A DNA stretch of 64,000 bases from an uncultured Verrucomicrobiae bacterium (GTDB lineage: Bacteria; Verrucomicrobiota; Verrucomicrobiia; Chthoniobacterales; Terrimicrobiaceae): assembly GCA_963706955.1 (NCBI GenBank), contig CAVPOC010000003.1:384001-448000 (forward strand), written 5' to 3'. The notes under the pieces were generated by a model. The model searched no databases, was not told where the DNA came from, and was given only the letters and a program-made list of their open reading frames with translations. Below, one piece after another: positions 10,877 through 21,051 of the stretch (positions within the stretch are counted from its first letter, which is position 1; every line of letters begins with the position of its first letter). The translations under genes and the position numbers were made by a program.

Positions 10877-12234
10877 TCGTGGATGCGCTGACGCTCACTG
10901 AGCTCGCCGACATGTGCCAAGGCACCCTCCATGCCGGAACTCCTTCCCAAACGGTGCGAAGAGTTTCCAAGGACACGCGGACACTCGTGGCGGGCGATCT
11001 TTATCTGGCCTTGAGAGGCGAAAATCACGACGGCAACGTCTACGCCGAGGAGGCTGCCGCCAAAGGCGCAGCCGGCGCAATCCTCGACGCCGTGCCGGAT
11101 GGCCTGCCCCCGGACTTCCCGATCATCCTCGTAGATGATACCCTCCTCGCCTTGCACCGCCTGGCGGCGGCGTGGCGCGATCGATTAGCACTGAGAGTCG
11201 TCTGCATCACCGGAAGCAGCGGAAAAACCAGTACCAAGGAGTTCACCGCGGCCGTCCTCTCCGTCCGTTACCGCGTTGTCAAGACCGAGGGAAACTTGAA
11301 TAACCACATCGGCCTGCCCCTCTCGATTTTGTCGGCTTCCATTTTCGATGATGCCGCGGTGTGGGAAATTGGCATGAATCATCCGGGCGAAATCGCGCCG
11401 CTCGCGCGGCTCGCCAGACCAGATCTTGCCATAATAACAAACATCGGCGTCGCGCATATCGAGTACATGGGCTCGCGCGAAGCCATTGCCCACGAGAAGG
11501 GCTCGCTCGCCGAAGCTGTCGGAACGCGCGGCGCTGTCATTCTTCCGACCGAGGACGATTTCGCGATGCAAATCGCGACTCGCGCCACCGGGCGAGTGAT
11601 TCGCGCGGGTCTCTCCTCAGGCACGCTCTGGGCTTCAAACATCGTGATGAGCGCTGAAGGGTCTCGTTTCACGATTCATACCGAAGCCGCGTCCTGCCCC
11701 GCCGAGGTGTCCGCTCCGGGGGAGCACATGGTGCGTAACGCGCTCCTCGCGGTCGCAGCGGGACTGGAGCTAGGTCTTGACTTGGAAGAATGCGCCGAGG
11801 GCCTCGCCACTGCGCGTCTCACCGGCGGTCGATTGGCCCGCCGCATTCTCCGCGGGGTCACCGTGCTCGACGACACCTACAACGCGAATCCGGATTCGAT
11901 GGAGGCCGCTCTGCAGACGCTGGGCGCTCTGCCGGTGGCGGGTCGCCGGATCGCAGTCCTGGGCAAGATGGGCGAGCTCGGCGAGCACGCCGCCGCCGGT
12001 TACCAGCGCGTCGGCCGCAACGCCGCCAGAGTCGCCGACGCGCTCATCGCAGTCGGCACTGAAACGACGCCCCTCTCGGACACCGCGCGTGCGGCCGGAC
12101 TGAAGGAAGTGCACACGACAGCCGACACCGCCGAAGCGGCCGGTCTGCTGAGAAAGATGGCTCGCGAAGGCGATCTCGTCCTTGTCAAGGGTAGTCGCGC
12201 CGCCCGCATGGAGCGCGTGATCGAGAACTTCTGA
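10873..12234 (+). CDS. murF: UDP-MurNAc-pentapeptide synthetase MurF
   Basis: ITGSSGKTSTKE, GNLNNHIGLP, EIGMNHPGEI, DDTYNANPDS, LVKGSR. Confidence 0.95.
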   Translation: MIVDALTLTELADMCQGTLHAGTPSQTVRRVSKDTRTLVAGDLYLALRGENHDGNVYAEEAAAKGAAGAILDAVPDGLPPDFPIILVDDTLLALHRLAAAWRDRLALRVVCITGSSGKTSTKEFTAAVLSVRYRVVKTEGNLNNHIGLPLSILSASIFDDAAVWEIGMNHPGEIAPLARLARPDLAIITNIGVAHIEYMGSREAIAHEKGSLAEAVGTRGAVILPTEDDFAMQIATRATGRVIRAGLSSGTLWASNIVMSAEGSRFTIHTEAASCPAEVSAPGEHMVRNALLAVAAGLELGLDLEECAEGLATARLTGGRLARRILRGVTVLDDTYNANPDSMEAALQTLGALPVAGRRIAVLGKMGELGEHAAAGYQRVGRNAARVADALIAVGTETTPLSDTARAAGLKEVHTTADTAEAAGLLRKMAREGDLVLVKGSRAARMERVIENF

Positions 12235-13364
12235 TGCTTTACTACCTCTACGAGCTTGGCGAGTGGGCGCGCAAGGCCGGCTACGAAAGTGATTTCCTCA
12301 AAGCGCTAAACGTTTTCAGTTATATAACCTTTCGCGCGATCTGCGCCGCGGCCACCGCTTTCCTGATTTCCATTATCTTCGGCAGCTGGACGATCCGACA
12401 GCTGATCTCACTAAAATTCGGCCAGCCTATTCGCAGCAAGGAGGAAGTAAACAAGCTCTTCGAGCTGCATGGCGCAAAGAAAGGCACCCCCACCATGGGA
12501 GGCCTGCTGATCATCGGCTCGATCGTGATTGCGACTCTCCTCTGGGCACGGACCGAGAATCCATTCGTCTGGCTTGTGCTCTTCAGCACTTTGTTTCTCG
12601 GCGGAATTGGCTTCTATGACGATTGGCTCAAGGTCTCCAAGAAGAGTTCCAAAGGCATTAGCAGCCGCCTGAAGTTCGGCCTGCAGTGCGTCTTGGCGGC
12701 GATTTTCACGATCTTCTTTCTGACCAGCCCAAGGCTGTCTGAAATTGCTAAGCAACTCTACATCCCCTTCCTAAAGGAGCCGCTCATCTTCAGCCTCGGC
12801 TGGCTCACCTTCGTCTTTTACCTACTGGTCATCGTCGGAACCTCCAACGCGGTCAACCTCACTGACGGACTCGACGGCCTGGCGACAGGATGCACGGCAA
12901 CCGTGGCCGCCACCTACGCCGGCCTGGCCTATCTCGCCGGCAATGTCCGCGCCGCGGAATACCTGCAGATCCCCTACGTCCCCTTTTCGGGCGAGCTCGC
13001 GGTTGTTTGCAGCGCCTTGCTGGGGGCGTGCCTCGGGTTCCTTTGGTGGAACGCATTCCCCGCCCGCGTGTTCATGGGCGACACTGGGTCGCTCGCCATT
13101 GGGGGGATGCTTGGCGCGGTGGCCATCTGCTGCAAGCAGGAGCTTCTTCTCGTTATCGTGGGAGGAGTCTTCGTCATCGAAGCAATGTCAGTGATCTTGC
13201 AAGTTCTAAGCTTCAAGATGACCGGCCGGCGGATCATCAAAATGTCGCCGATCCACCATCATTTCGAACTGAGCGGGTGGAAAGAGAATACCGTCATTGT
13301 CCGCTTTTGGATCGTCTCCATCCTCTTCGCCCTCCTCGGGCTGGCAACCTTGAAACTGCGATGA
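12234..13364 (+). CDS. mraY: Phospho-MurNAc-pentapeptide transferase MraY
   Basis: KKGTPTMGG, NAVNLTDGLDGLA, FMGDTGS, PIHHHFE. Confidence 0.97.
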   Translation: MLYYLYELGEWARKAGYESDFLKALNVFSYITFRAICAAATAFLISIIFGSWTIRQLISLKFGQPIRSKEEVNKLFELHGAKKGTPTMGGLLIIGSIVIATLLWARTENPFVWLVLFSTLFLGGIGFYDDWLKVSKKSSKGISSRLKFGLQCVLAAIFTIFFLTSPRLSEIAKQLYIPFLKEPLIFSLGWLTFVFYLLVIVGTSNAVNLTDGLDGLATGCTATVAATYAGLAYLAGNVRAAEYLQIPYVPFSGELAVVCSALLGACLGFLWWNAFPARVFMGDTGSLAIGGMLGAVAICCKQELLLVIVGGVFVIEAMSVILQVLSFKMTGRRIIKMSPIHHHFELSGWKENTVIVRFWIVSILFALLGLATLKLR

Positions 13365-14677
13365 TCTACTCCGGAAAGAGGGCCGTCGTTCTCGGCCTCG
13401 GGCACAGTGGCGAGGCTGCGGCCATCCTGTTGCGCGAGGAAGGCGCGGAGGTCACCATCTGCGAAAGCAGTGACAATTCTGCGCTCCGCGAGAAGGCAGC
13501 CAAGCTCAAGGAACAAGACATCCGCATTCTCCTTGGTCCCGCCGCCGACACCGATCCAAGTTCCTACGACGTCTGTATTCTCAGTCCGGGAATCGACCCG
13601 GCCGTTCCGCTCGTGCAGAATGTTCTCCGCAAAAGAATTCCGATCATCGGAGAACTCGAGCTTGCCTTCGAAGAATGCATTTGCCCGGTGGTGGCCATCA
13701 CGGGCACCAATGGAAAGACGACGACGACCGAGCTAACCACCGCGATGCTGCAGGGTTCAGGCGTCCGGACCATGGCGAGCGGCAATATCGGTCTGCCCTT
13801 TGCGACTGCTGTGCGGCAAAGCCACGAGCTCGACGTGATGGTTCTCGAGGTTAGCTCTTTTCAGCTCGAGACGATCGATGCCTTCCGCCCTCATGTCTCC
13901 GTATGGCTGAACCTCAGCCCCAACCACCTCGATCGCTACCGTGACATGGATGAATATCGCACGGCCAAACTTCGAATCTTCCTAAATCAGACGTCCGACG
14001 ATTTCGCCGTCGTCAACGCTCGCGAGAACCTGCCCGCGCTCGCCGCCCGGCGCATCACCTTTAGCGCCTATGATCCGGACGCCGACTTTACACTGCGCGA
14101 TCGAGTCATCCATTACCGCAATGAACCCGTGCTTGATCAGCGCGCGACCAAACTCCCCGGAATTCACAACGCAGAGAATCTCATGGCCGCCATGGGAATC
14201 GGCCTCGCCCTTGGCCTAGACTTCGAAAAGATGTCCGGAGCGGTTCATGAGTACACTGCCCCGGTGCACCGGTGCGAGTTCGTCCGCGAGCTCAGAGGTA
14301 TCCGCTGGATCAACGATTCAAAGGCGACAAACCTCGACTCCGTTGAGAAGGCCATCCTCTCACAGGCAGGGCCGATTGTGCTCATCGCCGGCGGCAAGGA
14401 TAAAGGATTCGAATTTGATTCAATCGCGCCTCTCGTGCGTGAGCGGGTTCGTCAGGCCGTCCTGATCGGCGAGATGAAAGAGCGAATAGCCCGTTCCTGG
14501 AGCGGGCTTGACTGCCGGCTGGCCGACTCTCTCGAGGAGGCCGTCAGCTTCGCCTCTCAGGTCGCCACGGAAGGCGAGACGGTGCTCTTTTCCCCCGGAA
14601 CGTCGTCTTTTGACATGTTCCGCAACTACGGCGAGCGCGGCAACCGCTTCAAGGAGGCGGTGAACGCTCTCGGCTAA
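13361..14677 (+). CDS. murD: UDP-MurNAc-L-Ala:D-Glu ligase MurD
   Basis: GLGHSG, ITGTNGKTTT, EVSSFQLE, NDSKATN, SFDMF.NY.ERG. Confidence 0.96.
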   Translation: MIYSGKRAVVLGLGHSGEAAAILLREEGAEVTICESSDNSALREKAAKLKEQDIRILLGPAADTDPSSYDVCILSPGIDPAVPLVQNVLRKRIPIIGELELAFEECICPVVAITGTNGKTTTTELTTAMLQGSGVRTMASGNIGLPFATAVRQSHELDVMVLEVSSFQLETIDAFRPHVSVWLNLSPNHLDRYRDMDEYRTAKLRIFLNQTSDDFAVVNARENLPALAARRITFSAYDPDADFTLRDRVIHYRNEPVLDQRATKLPGIHNAENLMAAMGIGLALGLDFEKMSGAVHEYTAPVHRCEFVRELRGIRWINDSKATNLDSVEKAILSQAGPIVLIAGGKDKGFEFDSIAPLVRERVRQAVLIGEMKERIARSWSGLDCRLADSLEEAVSFASQVATEGETVLFSPGTSSFDMFRNYGERGNRFKEAVNALG

Positions 14678-14704
14678 CCAACAAAGTCAATCAAACCGCA
14701 GATC

Positions 14705-15565
14705 ATGAAAATGAAGAAAATCCTGAAAATGCCGCTCCGACGAATGCAGCGGCAGCCTTCGCCTGCCGAAGCTTTGCGGGCCAAGGCGACCGCCAACTCG
14801 GGAGCATACGACAAAGAGGACTACGAGGTACAGGAGGAGCCGAACATGAAGTTTTCGCATGCGCTCCTGGTTGTTCTCGCGCTGCACGTTATCGCGGTCG
14901 GCGGCGTCTTCGCCTTCAATTCAATCAAAGCCGGACAAGCCGCCGCCGCTAAGAATGCTGCCAAGGAAGAAATCGCTCGCGCAGTTGCGCGGACGTCCAC
15001 CCCAACAAAACCCTCGGCGCCGGACAGCGTCACGGCGGGGTGGCAAGGCCGAACCCATACGGTTCAGGCGGGCGATACACTGAGTCGGCTCGCTTCGCTT
15101 TACAAGACCACCATCGAGGCGATCGAGAACGAGAACGGCATCACCACGTATTCGATGATTCGTGTCGGGCAAGTGCTGAAAATTCCCGCCGCCAAGACCG
15201 AAACCAGCAGGCCGGCAACCGACCCAGCAAGCGCCTCCGCCAAGCACGCTTTTCTGGCCACGAAATCCGACCTGCCCAAGCCGCCAACTACTGCGGCTGC
15301 CAAACCGGAAGCTCCCAAATCGCCCGCCGTCGCCGCCACTCCACCGCCCAAGCCTGTCGCCCAATCAGCCGCTCCGGTTAAGGAGGAAGTCCCGGCGGCG
15401 CCCACCAATGGCAACACCTACACGGTCGCCAAGGGTGACAACCCCTACAGCATCGCCAAGAAATTGCACGTAAGCTACAACGAGCTCATCGCCATCAACG
15501 AAATCAAAGATCCGACACGGGTGCGAATTGGTCAGAAGCTGAAAATACCGCCACGAAAAAATTGA
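14705..15565 (+). CDS. Membrane-anchored protein with two LysM domains
   Basis: One TM segment; HTVQAGDTLS..GQVLKIP and YTVAKGDNPY..GQKLKIP joined by a Pro/Ala/Lys linker. Confidence 0.9.
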   Translation: MKMKKILKMPLRRMQRQPSPAEALRAKATANSGAYDKEDYEVQEEPNMKFSHALLVVLALHVIAVGGVFAFNSIKAGQAAAAKNAAKEEIARAVARTSTPTKPSAPDSVTAGWQGRTHTVQAGDTLSRLASLYKTTIEAIENENGITTYSMIRVGQVLKIPAAKTETSRPATDPASASAKHAFLATKSDLPKPPTTAAAKPEAPKSPAVAATPPPKPVAQSAAPVKEEVPAAPTNGNTYTVAKGDNPYSIAKKLHVSYNELIAINEIKDPTRVRIGQKLKIPPRKN

Positions 15566-15618
15566 TGCGTTGGCGACGGGCGATGCGGCCTGGCCGCACG
15601 TGACGTCCCCTTTCGAAG

Positions 15619-16761
15619 ATGCAACGGAACGCTATCTACGCCCTTCTGCTCACCGTTGTTACGTTGACCGCTCTCGGCATCGTCATGCTTTTCAGCACCA
15701 GCGCCTTTGCGCAGGAAAGCCACGGCGATATCTATTTTTTCGTCAAGCGCCAGGCATTCTGGCTCACCATTTCCCTGCTTTGTGCTCTCATCGGGGCACT
15801 GGTGGACTACCATTGGTGGAAGAAGAGCTGGTGGCTGGTCTTTGTCCTTTCCTTGGCGCTTCTCATCCTTTGCTTCGTTCCCCCGATCGGTCTAAAGATC
15901 AACGGTTCCCGCCGCTGGATTCAAGTCGGGTTCGGGACCTTTCAGCCCAGCGAACTGGCCAAGGTCGCCGTTGTATTTTTTACGGCCTGGTGGTTCGAGA
16001 AATTTGAAAAGGATGCCGGCCGGTTTTTCAAGGGATTCGTCTTCCCCTTCGCGATCGTCAGTCTGATCCTCGTACCGATCTCTCGCCAGGAGGACCTCGG
16101 CTACACTGCGCTTATCGGTGCCGCCGTGCTCTGCGTGATGTTCGTTGCCGGAATGCGGCTACGCTGGATTCTGCCGATTGTCCTTGTCGGTGTCGTCGCG
16201 ATTCTCTACTTGGCGATTCATATCGAAGAACGGCGCGACCGTTTGCTCGCTTTTCTCAACCCTGAGGAGTACCAGGCCAGCGGTGGTTACCAGCAGTTAC
16301 AGGGTCTCATCGCGATTGGCTCCGGAGGCGTTGACGGACTCGGCCTCGGCGAGGGGCGGCAGAAGATGCTTTACCTTCCCTACGCGCATACGGATTTCAT
16401 TTTTCCGATGATCGGAGAAGAATTGGGTTTGCGCGTCACCTTGGTGATTGTTTTTTGTTACCTGCTCATCTGCTTATGTGGAACCTTGATTGCCATGAAT
16501 GCGCCGGACCGGTTCGGGATGTTGCTGGGGTTCGGCTTTGTGATGATGATCACTCTGCAGGCGATTGTGAATATTGGGGTGACTACATCGGTGTTACCGA
16601 ATAAGGGAATGCCGCTGCCTTTCATCAGTTTCGGCGGCTCGAATCTGGCGATTTGCTACTTCATGGTCGGAGTGCTCGTGAATATTCATCGATTCGGAAA
16701 CCCGCTCCTCGAGATGGCTTCGCCTGCTCTGCGCCGTGTGCGAAATATCTGCAGGCTATGA
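15619..16761 (+). CDS. ftsW: SEDS peptidoglycan glycosyltransferase FtsW
   Basis: NGSRRWI, FQPSELAK, LPYAHTDFIF, GEELG, LPFISFGGS. Confidence 0.95.
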   Translation: MQRNAIYALLLTVVTLTALGIVMLFSTSAFAQESHGDIYFFVKRQAFWLTISLLCALIGALVDYHWWKKSWWLVFVLSLALLILCFVPPIGLKINGSRRWIQVGFGTFQPSELAKVAVVFFTAWWFEKFEKDAGRFFKGFVFPFAIVSLILVPISRQEDLGYTALIGAAVLCVMFVAGMRLRWILPIVLVGVVAILYLAIHIEERRDRLLAFLNPEEYQASGGYQQLQGLIAIGSGGVDGLGLGEGRQKMLYLPYAHTDFIFPMIGEELGLRVTLVIVFCYLLICLCGTLIAMNAPDRFGMLLGFGFVMMITLQAIVNIGVTTSVLPNKGMPLPFISFGGSNLAICYFMVGVLVNIHRFGNPLLEMASPALRRVRNICRL

Positions 16762-17864
16762 AGCCATTCCGCGTCGTGATCGCCTGTGGCGGAACGGGCG
16801 GCCATCTCTTTCCCGGTCTGGCCGTCGCGGAAATACTCAAGGAACGAGGACACGAGGTGCTCCTGGTTGTCTCCGAAAAGGAAATCGACACCATTGCTCT
16901 AAAGGCGCACCCCGACTTTCGTGCCGAGAAACTGCCCTCAGTGGGGATGCCGAACCTCCTCTCCCCGGCTTTCGTTCGCTTTCTGCGCCGTTCGTGGGAA
17001 GGGTATGTTTACTGCAGAGGCAGTTACCGAAAGTTTCGTCCGTCGGTCGTTCTCGGCATGGGAGGCTTCACCTCGACCGCACCCATCCTGGCAGGACGCC
17101 GCTTGAAATTGCCGACTTTGATCCACGAGTCGAACGCTATTCCCGGACGCGCTAACAAACTCACGGCGCGCTTCGTCACGCGCGTGCTGCTCGGCTTCCA
17201 AGCCTGCGCCCCCTTTTTTCAGAACCTGGACTGCGTCGTCACGGGGACCCCGGTCCGGCGAAATCTCGGATCTCCGCTGAGCCGCGCGACCGCACTGGCC
17301 GCGTTCCGCCTTGAAGAAAACCGGCGCACTCTCTTGGTGATGGGAGGAAGCCAGGGCGCCTCAGGCATCAACCAAGCGCTCTTTAAGTCGGCGCCCCTGC
17401 TCACGGACCAGCCGCTCCAAATCATTCACCTCACCGGTGACCGCGACGACCGCTTAGCAGCCGCCAACTATCAGCGGGAAAATATTCCCCATTACGTCGC
17501 CCCGTTTCATCACCGGATGGAGGAGGTCTACTCTGCGGCGGACCTTGTGATTTCTCGCGCCGGGGCCGCCAGCCTCAGTGAGTTATCTCAGTTCGGTCTG
17601 GCCTCGATCTTGATCCCGTATCCTTACGCAACTGATGATCACCAGACATCCAACGCGAGCGTCTTCGCCGACGCTGGCGCCGCCGAACTTCTACCCGAGC
17701 GCCGTTTAACTCCGGAAGCCTTCTCCGCACTGATCACCAGTCTGCTCAGCGACGATGCTCGGCGCGAAAAAATGTCGGCCGCGGCACACACGATTCTCCC
17801 GCGAGACGCGGCTGGCAACGTTGCCGACGAGATCGAACGAGCGGCCGCGCCTCAGAACCCATGA
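16758..17864 (+). CDS. murG: MurG glycosyltransferase
   Basis: GGTGGHLFP, HESNAIPG, GTPVR, GGSQGA, ISRAGA. Confidence 0.96.
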   Translation: MKPFRVVIACGGTGGHLFPGLAVAEILKERGHEVLLVVSEKEIDTIALKAHPDFRAEKLPSVGMPNLLSPAFVRFLRRSWEGYVYCRGSYRKFRPSVVLGMGGFTSTAPILAGRRLKLPTLIHESNAIPGRANKLTARFVTRVLLGFQACAPFFQNLDCVVTGTPVRRNLGSPLSRATALAAFRLEENRRTLLVMGGSQGASGINQALFKSAPLLTDQPLQIIHLTGDRDDRLAAANYQRENIPHYVAPFHHRMEEVYSAADLVISRAGAASLSELSQFGLASILIPYPYATDDHQTSNASVFADAGAAELLPERRLTPEAFSALITSLLSDDARREKMSAAAHTILPRDAAGNVADEIERAAAPQNP

Positions 17865-20146
17865 ACCTTGCCTCGCTCACCGCGTATCTGACCGGACCAC
17901 CGCATCGCGTTCATCTGATCGGAGTGGCCGGATCAGGGATGAGTGGCATCGCGGGACTTCTTCTTGCCTTAGGCCATCGCGTCAGTGGCTCGGACAAGGT
18001 CGCCACGGTTGAGGTGGGACGTTTGGAAAAGAAGGGACTTCGATTTGGCGTGCCGCACCAGGCGGTTGAGGTTCTAGAGGCCGAGCTGGTCGTCTACTCA
18101 TCCGCCATCAAACCGGGCAATGTCGCCTACGACGAAGCGAGAAGGCTGCGCATCCCGATGGTGCGGCGGGCCGATGCTTTGGCGGCCATTATGAATTCGA
18201 AGAAGGGCATCGTCATCTGTGGCATGCACGGCAAGACGACCACTTCTTCGATGACGGCCCACGTGCTGCGCAGCTGTGGGCTCAAGCCATCGCATTATGT
18301 CGGTGCAGAGATCCCGATCCTTGGCTCGAATGCACGGTGGGACTCGGCCGGCGAATACTTTGTCGCCGAAGGCGACGAGAGCGACGGAACCCTCATCAAC
18401 TACCATCCCGAACACGCCATCGTCCTTAATGTCGAACCCGAGCATCTTGATTTCTACAAGGATCTCGCCGCGATCGATGCTGTTTACGGCAAGCTAGTCG
18501 CACAAACTCGCGGTCAGGTTGTTTATTGCGGAGACGATCCAGGCGCGACGCGCGTCTGCGCTGCCCACCCGGGCGCGATCTCCTACGGGCGAACGGAAGG
18601 AAATCGCTACCGGCTCACCAACCTGGTGACTGAAAATTTTTGTTCGCACTTTCAGATCGAAAGAGGTGACGAGGTCCTGGGGCCAGCGAGGCTAAACATC
18701 CCGGGCGCTCACAACGCCGTCAATGCTCTTGCCGTAATTGCCCTTGCTCTGGAAATGGGCCTCCGGTTCGAAAACGTCGTCGCCGCGCTTGAGGGATTCC
18801 GCGGTGCGCGACGAAGATTTGAGATTTGCTATGAATCGCCTCGGAACCTGGTGGTCGATGATTACGGACACCATCCCACGGAGATCGCCGCCACGATTGC
18901 AACCGCCAGGACCGGTCATTGGAAACGCGTGCTCGTCATGTTTCAACCGCACCGTTATACGCGCACTCTGGCGCTCAAGGAAGAATTCGGCCGGGCGTTC
19001 GATGGCGCCGACCTCGCCTTCATTGCGGACGTTTATCCAGCCAGCGAGAAGCCGATTCCGGGCGTCTCCGGCCAGATGATCGCGGAGGCGATGCGCTCGC
19101 ATGGCCATGAACACGTCGAATTTCGACCCGATGTGCGGCAAATTCATCAAAGCGCAGGGGCCGAAATCGAAGATGGTGACCTGATTTTGAGCCTCGGCGC
19201 CGGAAATATTCACGAAGCCGCCAGCCGCCTCGTTGCCGACCTCACTTTGCGCGACCGGCTGCTCAGTGCCATGGGCGCCGGTAGCATTCGGCTCTACGAG
19301 CCTCTTTCTCGCCATACCACTCTGCGAGTCGGCGGCCCGGCGCAGTTCTGGGCGGAGCCAGAGACCGAAGAGGGCTTCGCGGACCTGGTCCAAATGTCCT
19401 TCGACGAAGACATCCCTTTTATGGTGATGGGTCGCGGCTCCAACCTGCTCGTGCGCGATGGCGGAGTGCCCGGCGTCGTCGCTCACCTTTCAAAAGGCGA
19501 GTTCGCGCTCTCTGCCGTCAACGGCACTGAAATCACGGCTGGCGTCGGCCTGAAACTGAAGAAGCTCACCGCCATCGCCCGCAATGCCGGCATCGGCGGC
19601 TTCGAATGGATGGAGGGTATTCCCGGAAACCTTGGAGGCAGCCTCAGAATGAACGCCGGCGCGATGGGCGGGGAAACTTTCGACCAAGTCGTCGCTGTCC
19701 GCTTCTGCGATCAGGATGGCAACATTTTCACGCGTGCGCCCGCCGAAATGGAAGTCCATTATCGCAATGTCCCCACTCTGCAAAACAATTATGCCCTCTC
19801 GGCCACGCTCCGCGGAACGCCCGCCGATCCCCGGGAAATCGAGGCCCGAATCGCGACCGCAGAACGGAAGCGGCGCGAATCTCAGCCTGTCGCCGCGAGC
19901 GCCGGTTGCATTTTCAAAAATCCGGACCAGACTCCCGCTGGAAAACTGATCGAGGAGCTCGGCTTCAAGAATTTCACCGTCGGAAGGGCGCGCGTTTCTG
20001 AGGTGCATGGCAACTTCATCGTCAACGACGGAGGAGCCACCGCGGAGGAGATTCTCACCCTTATCGCAGAGATCAAGGCCGCCGCCGCCCGCGAGCGTGG
20101 CATCGATCTCCAAACCGAAGTTCAGATCGTTGGCATTGACGCATGA
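17861..20146 (+). CDS. murC-murB: Fused MurC-MurB
   Basis: MurC motifs (GVAGSGMSG, GMHGKTTT, EGDESDG, DDYGHHPTEI), then MurB motifs (HTTLRVGGPA, GSNLLV, IPGNLGG..MNAGA, SAGCIFKNP, HGNFIVN) in one 761-aa ORF. Confidence 0.93.
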   Translation: MNLASLTAYLTGPPHRVHLIGVAGSGMSGIAGLLLALGHRVSGSDKVATVEVGRLEKKGLRFGVPHQAVEVLEAELVVYSSAIKPGNVAYDEARRLRIPMVRRADALAAIMNSKKGIVICGMHGKTTTSSMTAHVLRSCGLKPSHYVGAEIPILGSNARWDSAGEYFVAEGDESDGTLINYHPEHAIVLNVEPEHLDFYKDLAAIDAVYGKLVAQTRGQVVYCGDDPGATRVCAAHPGAISYGRTEGNRYRLTNLVTENFCSHFQIERGDEVLGPARLNIPGAHNAVNALAVIALALEMGLRFENVVAALEGFRGARRRFEICYESPRNLVVDDYGHHPTEIAATIATARTGHWKRVLVMFQPHRYTRTLALKEEFGRAFDGADLAFIADVYPASEKPIPGVSGQMIAEAMRSHGHEHVEFRPDVRQIHQSAGAEIEDGDLILSLGAGNIHEAASRLVADLTLRDRLLSAMGAGSIRLYEPLSRHTTLRVGGPAQFWAEPETEEGFADLVQMSFDEDIPFMVMGRGSNLLVRDGGVPGVVAHLSKGEFALSAVNGTEITAGVGLKLKKLTAIARNAGIGGFEWMEGIPGNLGGSLRMNAGAMGGETFDQVVAVRFCDQDGNIFTRAPAEMEVHYRNVPTLQNNYALSATLRGTPADPREIEARIATAERKRRESQPVAASAGCIFKNPDQTPAGKLIEELGFKNFTVGRARVSEVHGNFIVNDGGATAEEILTLIAEIKAAAARERGIDLQTEVQIVGIDA

Positions 20147-21051
20147 CTGGCATTCTCAAAGGAAAAAAGGTGGCCGTCCTCCTGGGAGGGCCCGGGCCGG
20201 AACGTGAAGTATCGCTACGCTCGGGCGCCGCAGTGGCCCGCGCGCTTCGCTCGTTGGGCGCCCTCGTCCAGGAGGTCGACGTCAAGAATTCCCGCCTTGC
20301 GCTGCCGGAGCCGATCGACCTGGCCTACAACATGATCCATGGCACCTTTGGCGAAGATGGTCAGATCCAGGAAATTTTGGAACAACAAGGCATCCCCTAC
20401 ACCGGTGAAGGAGTCGCGGGCAGTCAGCTTGCATTTGATAAGATACTCAGTAAGAGAAAATTCGATGAGCATGGTGTCCCGACCGGTCGGTGGCACGTCA
20501 TCGCTGCCGGCCAAAAGCCGCGTTTCGAAGTGCCGTTCGTCGTGAAATCGCCTCGGCAGGGATCAAGCGTCGGCGTGCATATCATCAAAGATTCCGCAGA
20601 TCTGGATGCCGCCCTCGAAGACTGCTTTCGCTTCGGCGAAGCAGTGATTGTGGAGGAATTTTTTTCCGGCCGCGAATTGACGGTCGGTATTCTTGGGGAC
20701 GTCGCTTTACCGGTGATCGAGATCGTTCCCCGTGAGGGATTTTACGATTACCAGCACAAATACACCAAAGGGGCCTCGGAATACTTCGTTCCCGCTCCGA
20801 TCGGCGACGAGGCCACCCAAGCGGTCCAATATGCCGCCCTGGCTGCCAAGCGTGCCCTCGGTCTAGAAATCTATTCGCGTGTCGATGTGATTCTTGCTTC
20901 GGATGGCAGCCTGAACGTATTAGAGATTAATACCATTCCGGGGATGACGGAAACCAGTCTGCTGCCAAAGGCGGCCGCGGCAGCGGGATTAGACTTTCCG
21001 ACGCTCTGCGAACGGATCGCCTCACTTTCCATGCAACGCACTCACCACTGA
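20143..21051 (+). CDS. ddl: D-Ala-D-Ala ligase
   Basis: EREVSL.SG, HGTFGEDG, GSSVGV, FYDYQHKY, LEINTIPGMT. Confidence 0.96.
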   Translation: MTGILKGKKVAVLLGGPGPEREVSLRSGAAVARALRSLGALVQEVDVKNSRLALPEPIDLAYNMIHGTFGEDGQIQEILEQQGIPYTGEGVAGSQLAFDKILSKRKFDEHGVPTGRWHVIAAGQKPRFEVPFVVKSPRQGSSVGVHIIKDSADLDAALEDCFRFGEAVIVEEFFSGRELTVGILGDVALPVIEIVPREGFYDYQHKYTKGASEYFVPAPIGDEATQAVQYAALAAKRALGLEIYSRVDVILASDGSLNVLEINTIPGMTETSLLPKAAAAAGLDFPTLCERIASLSMQRTHH

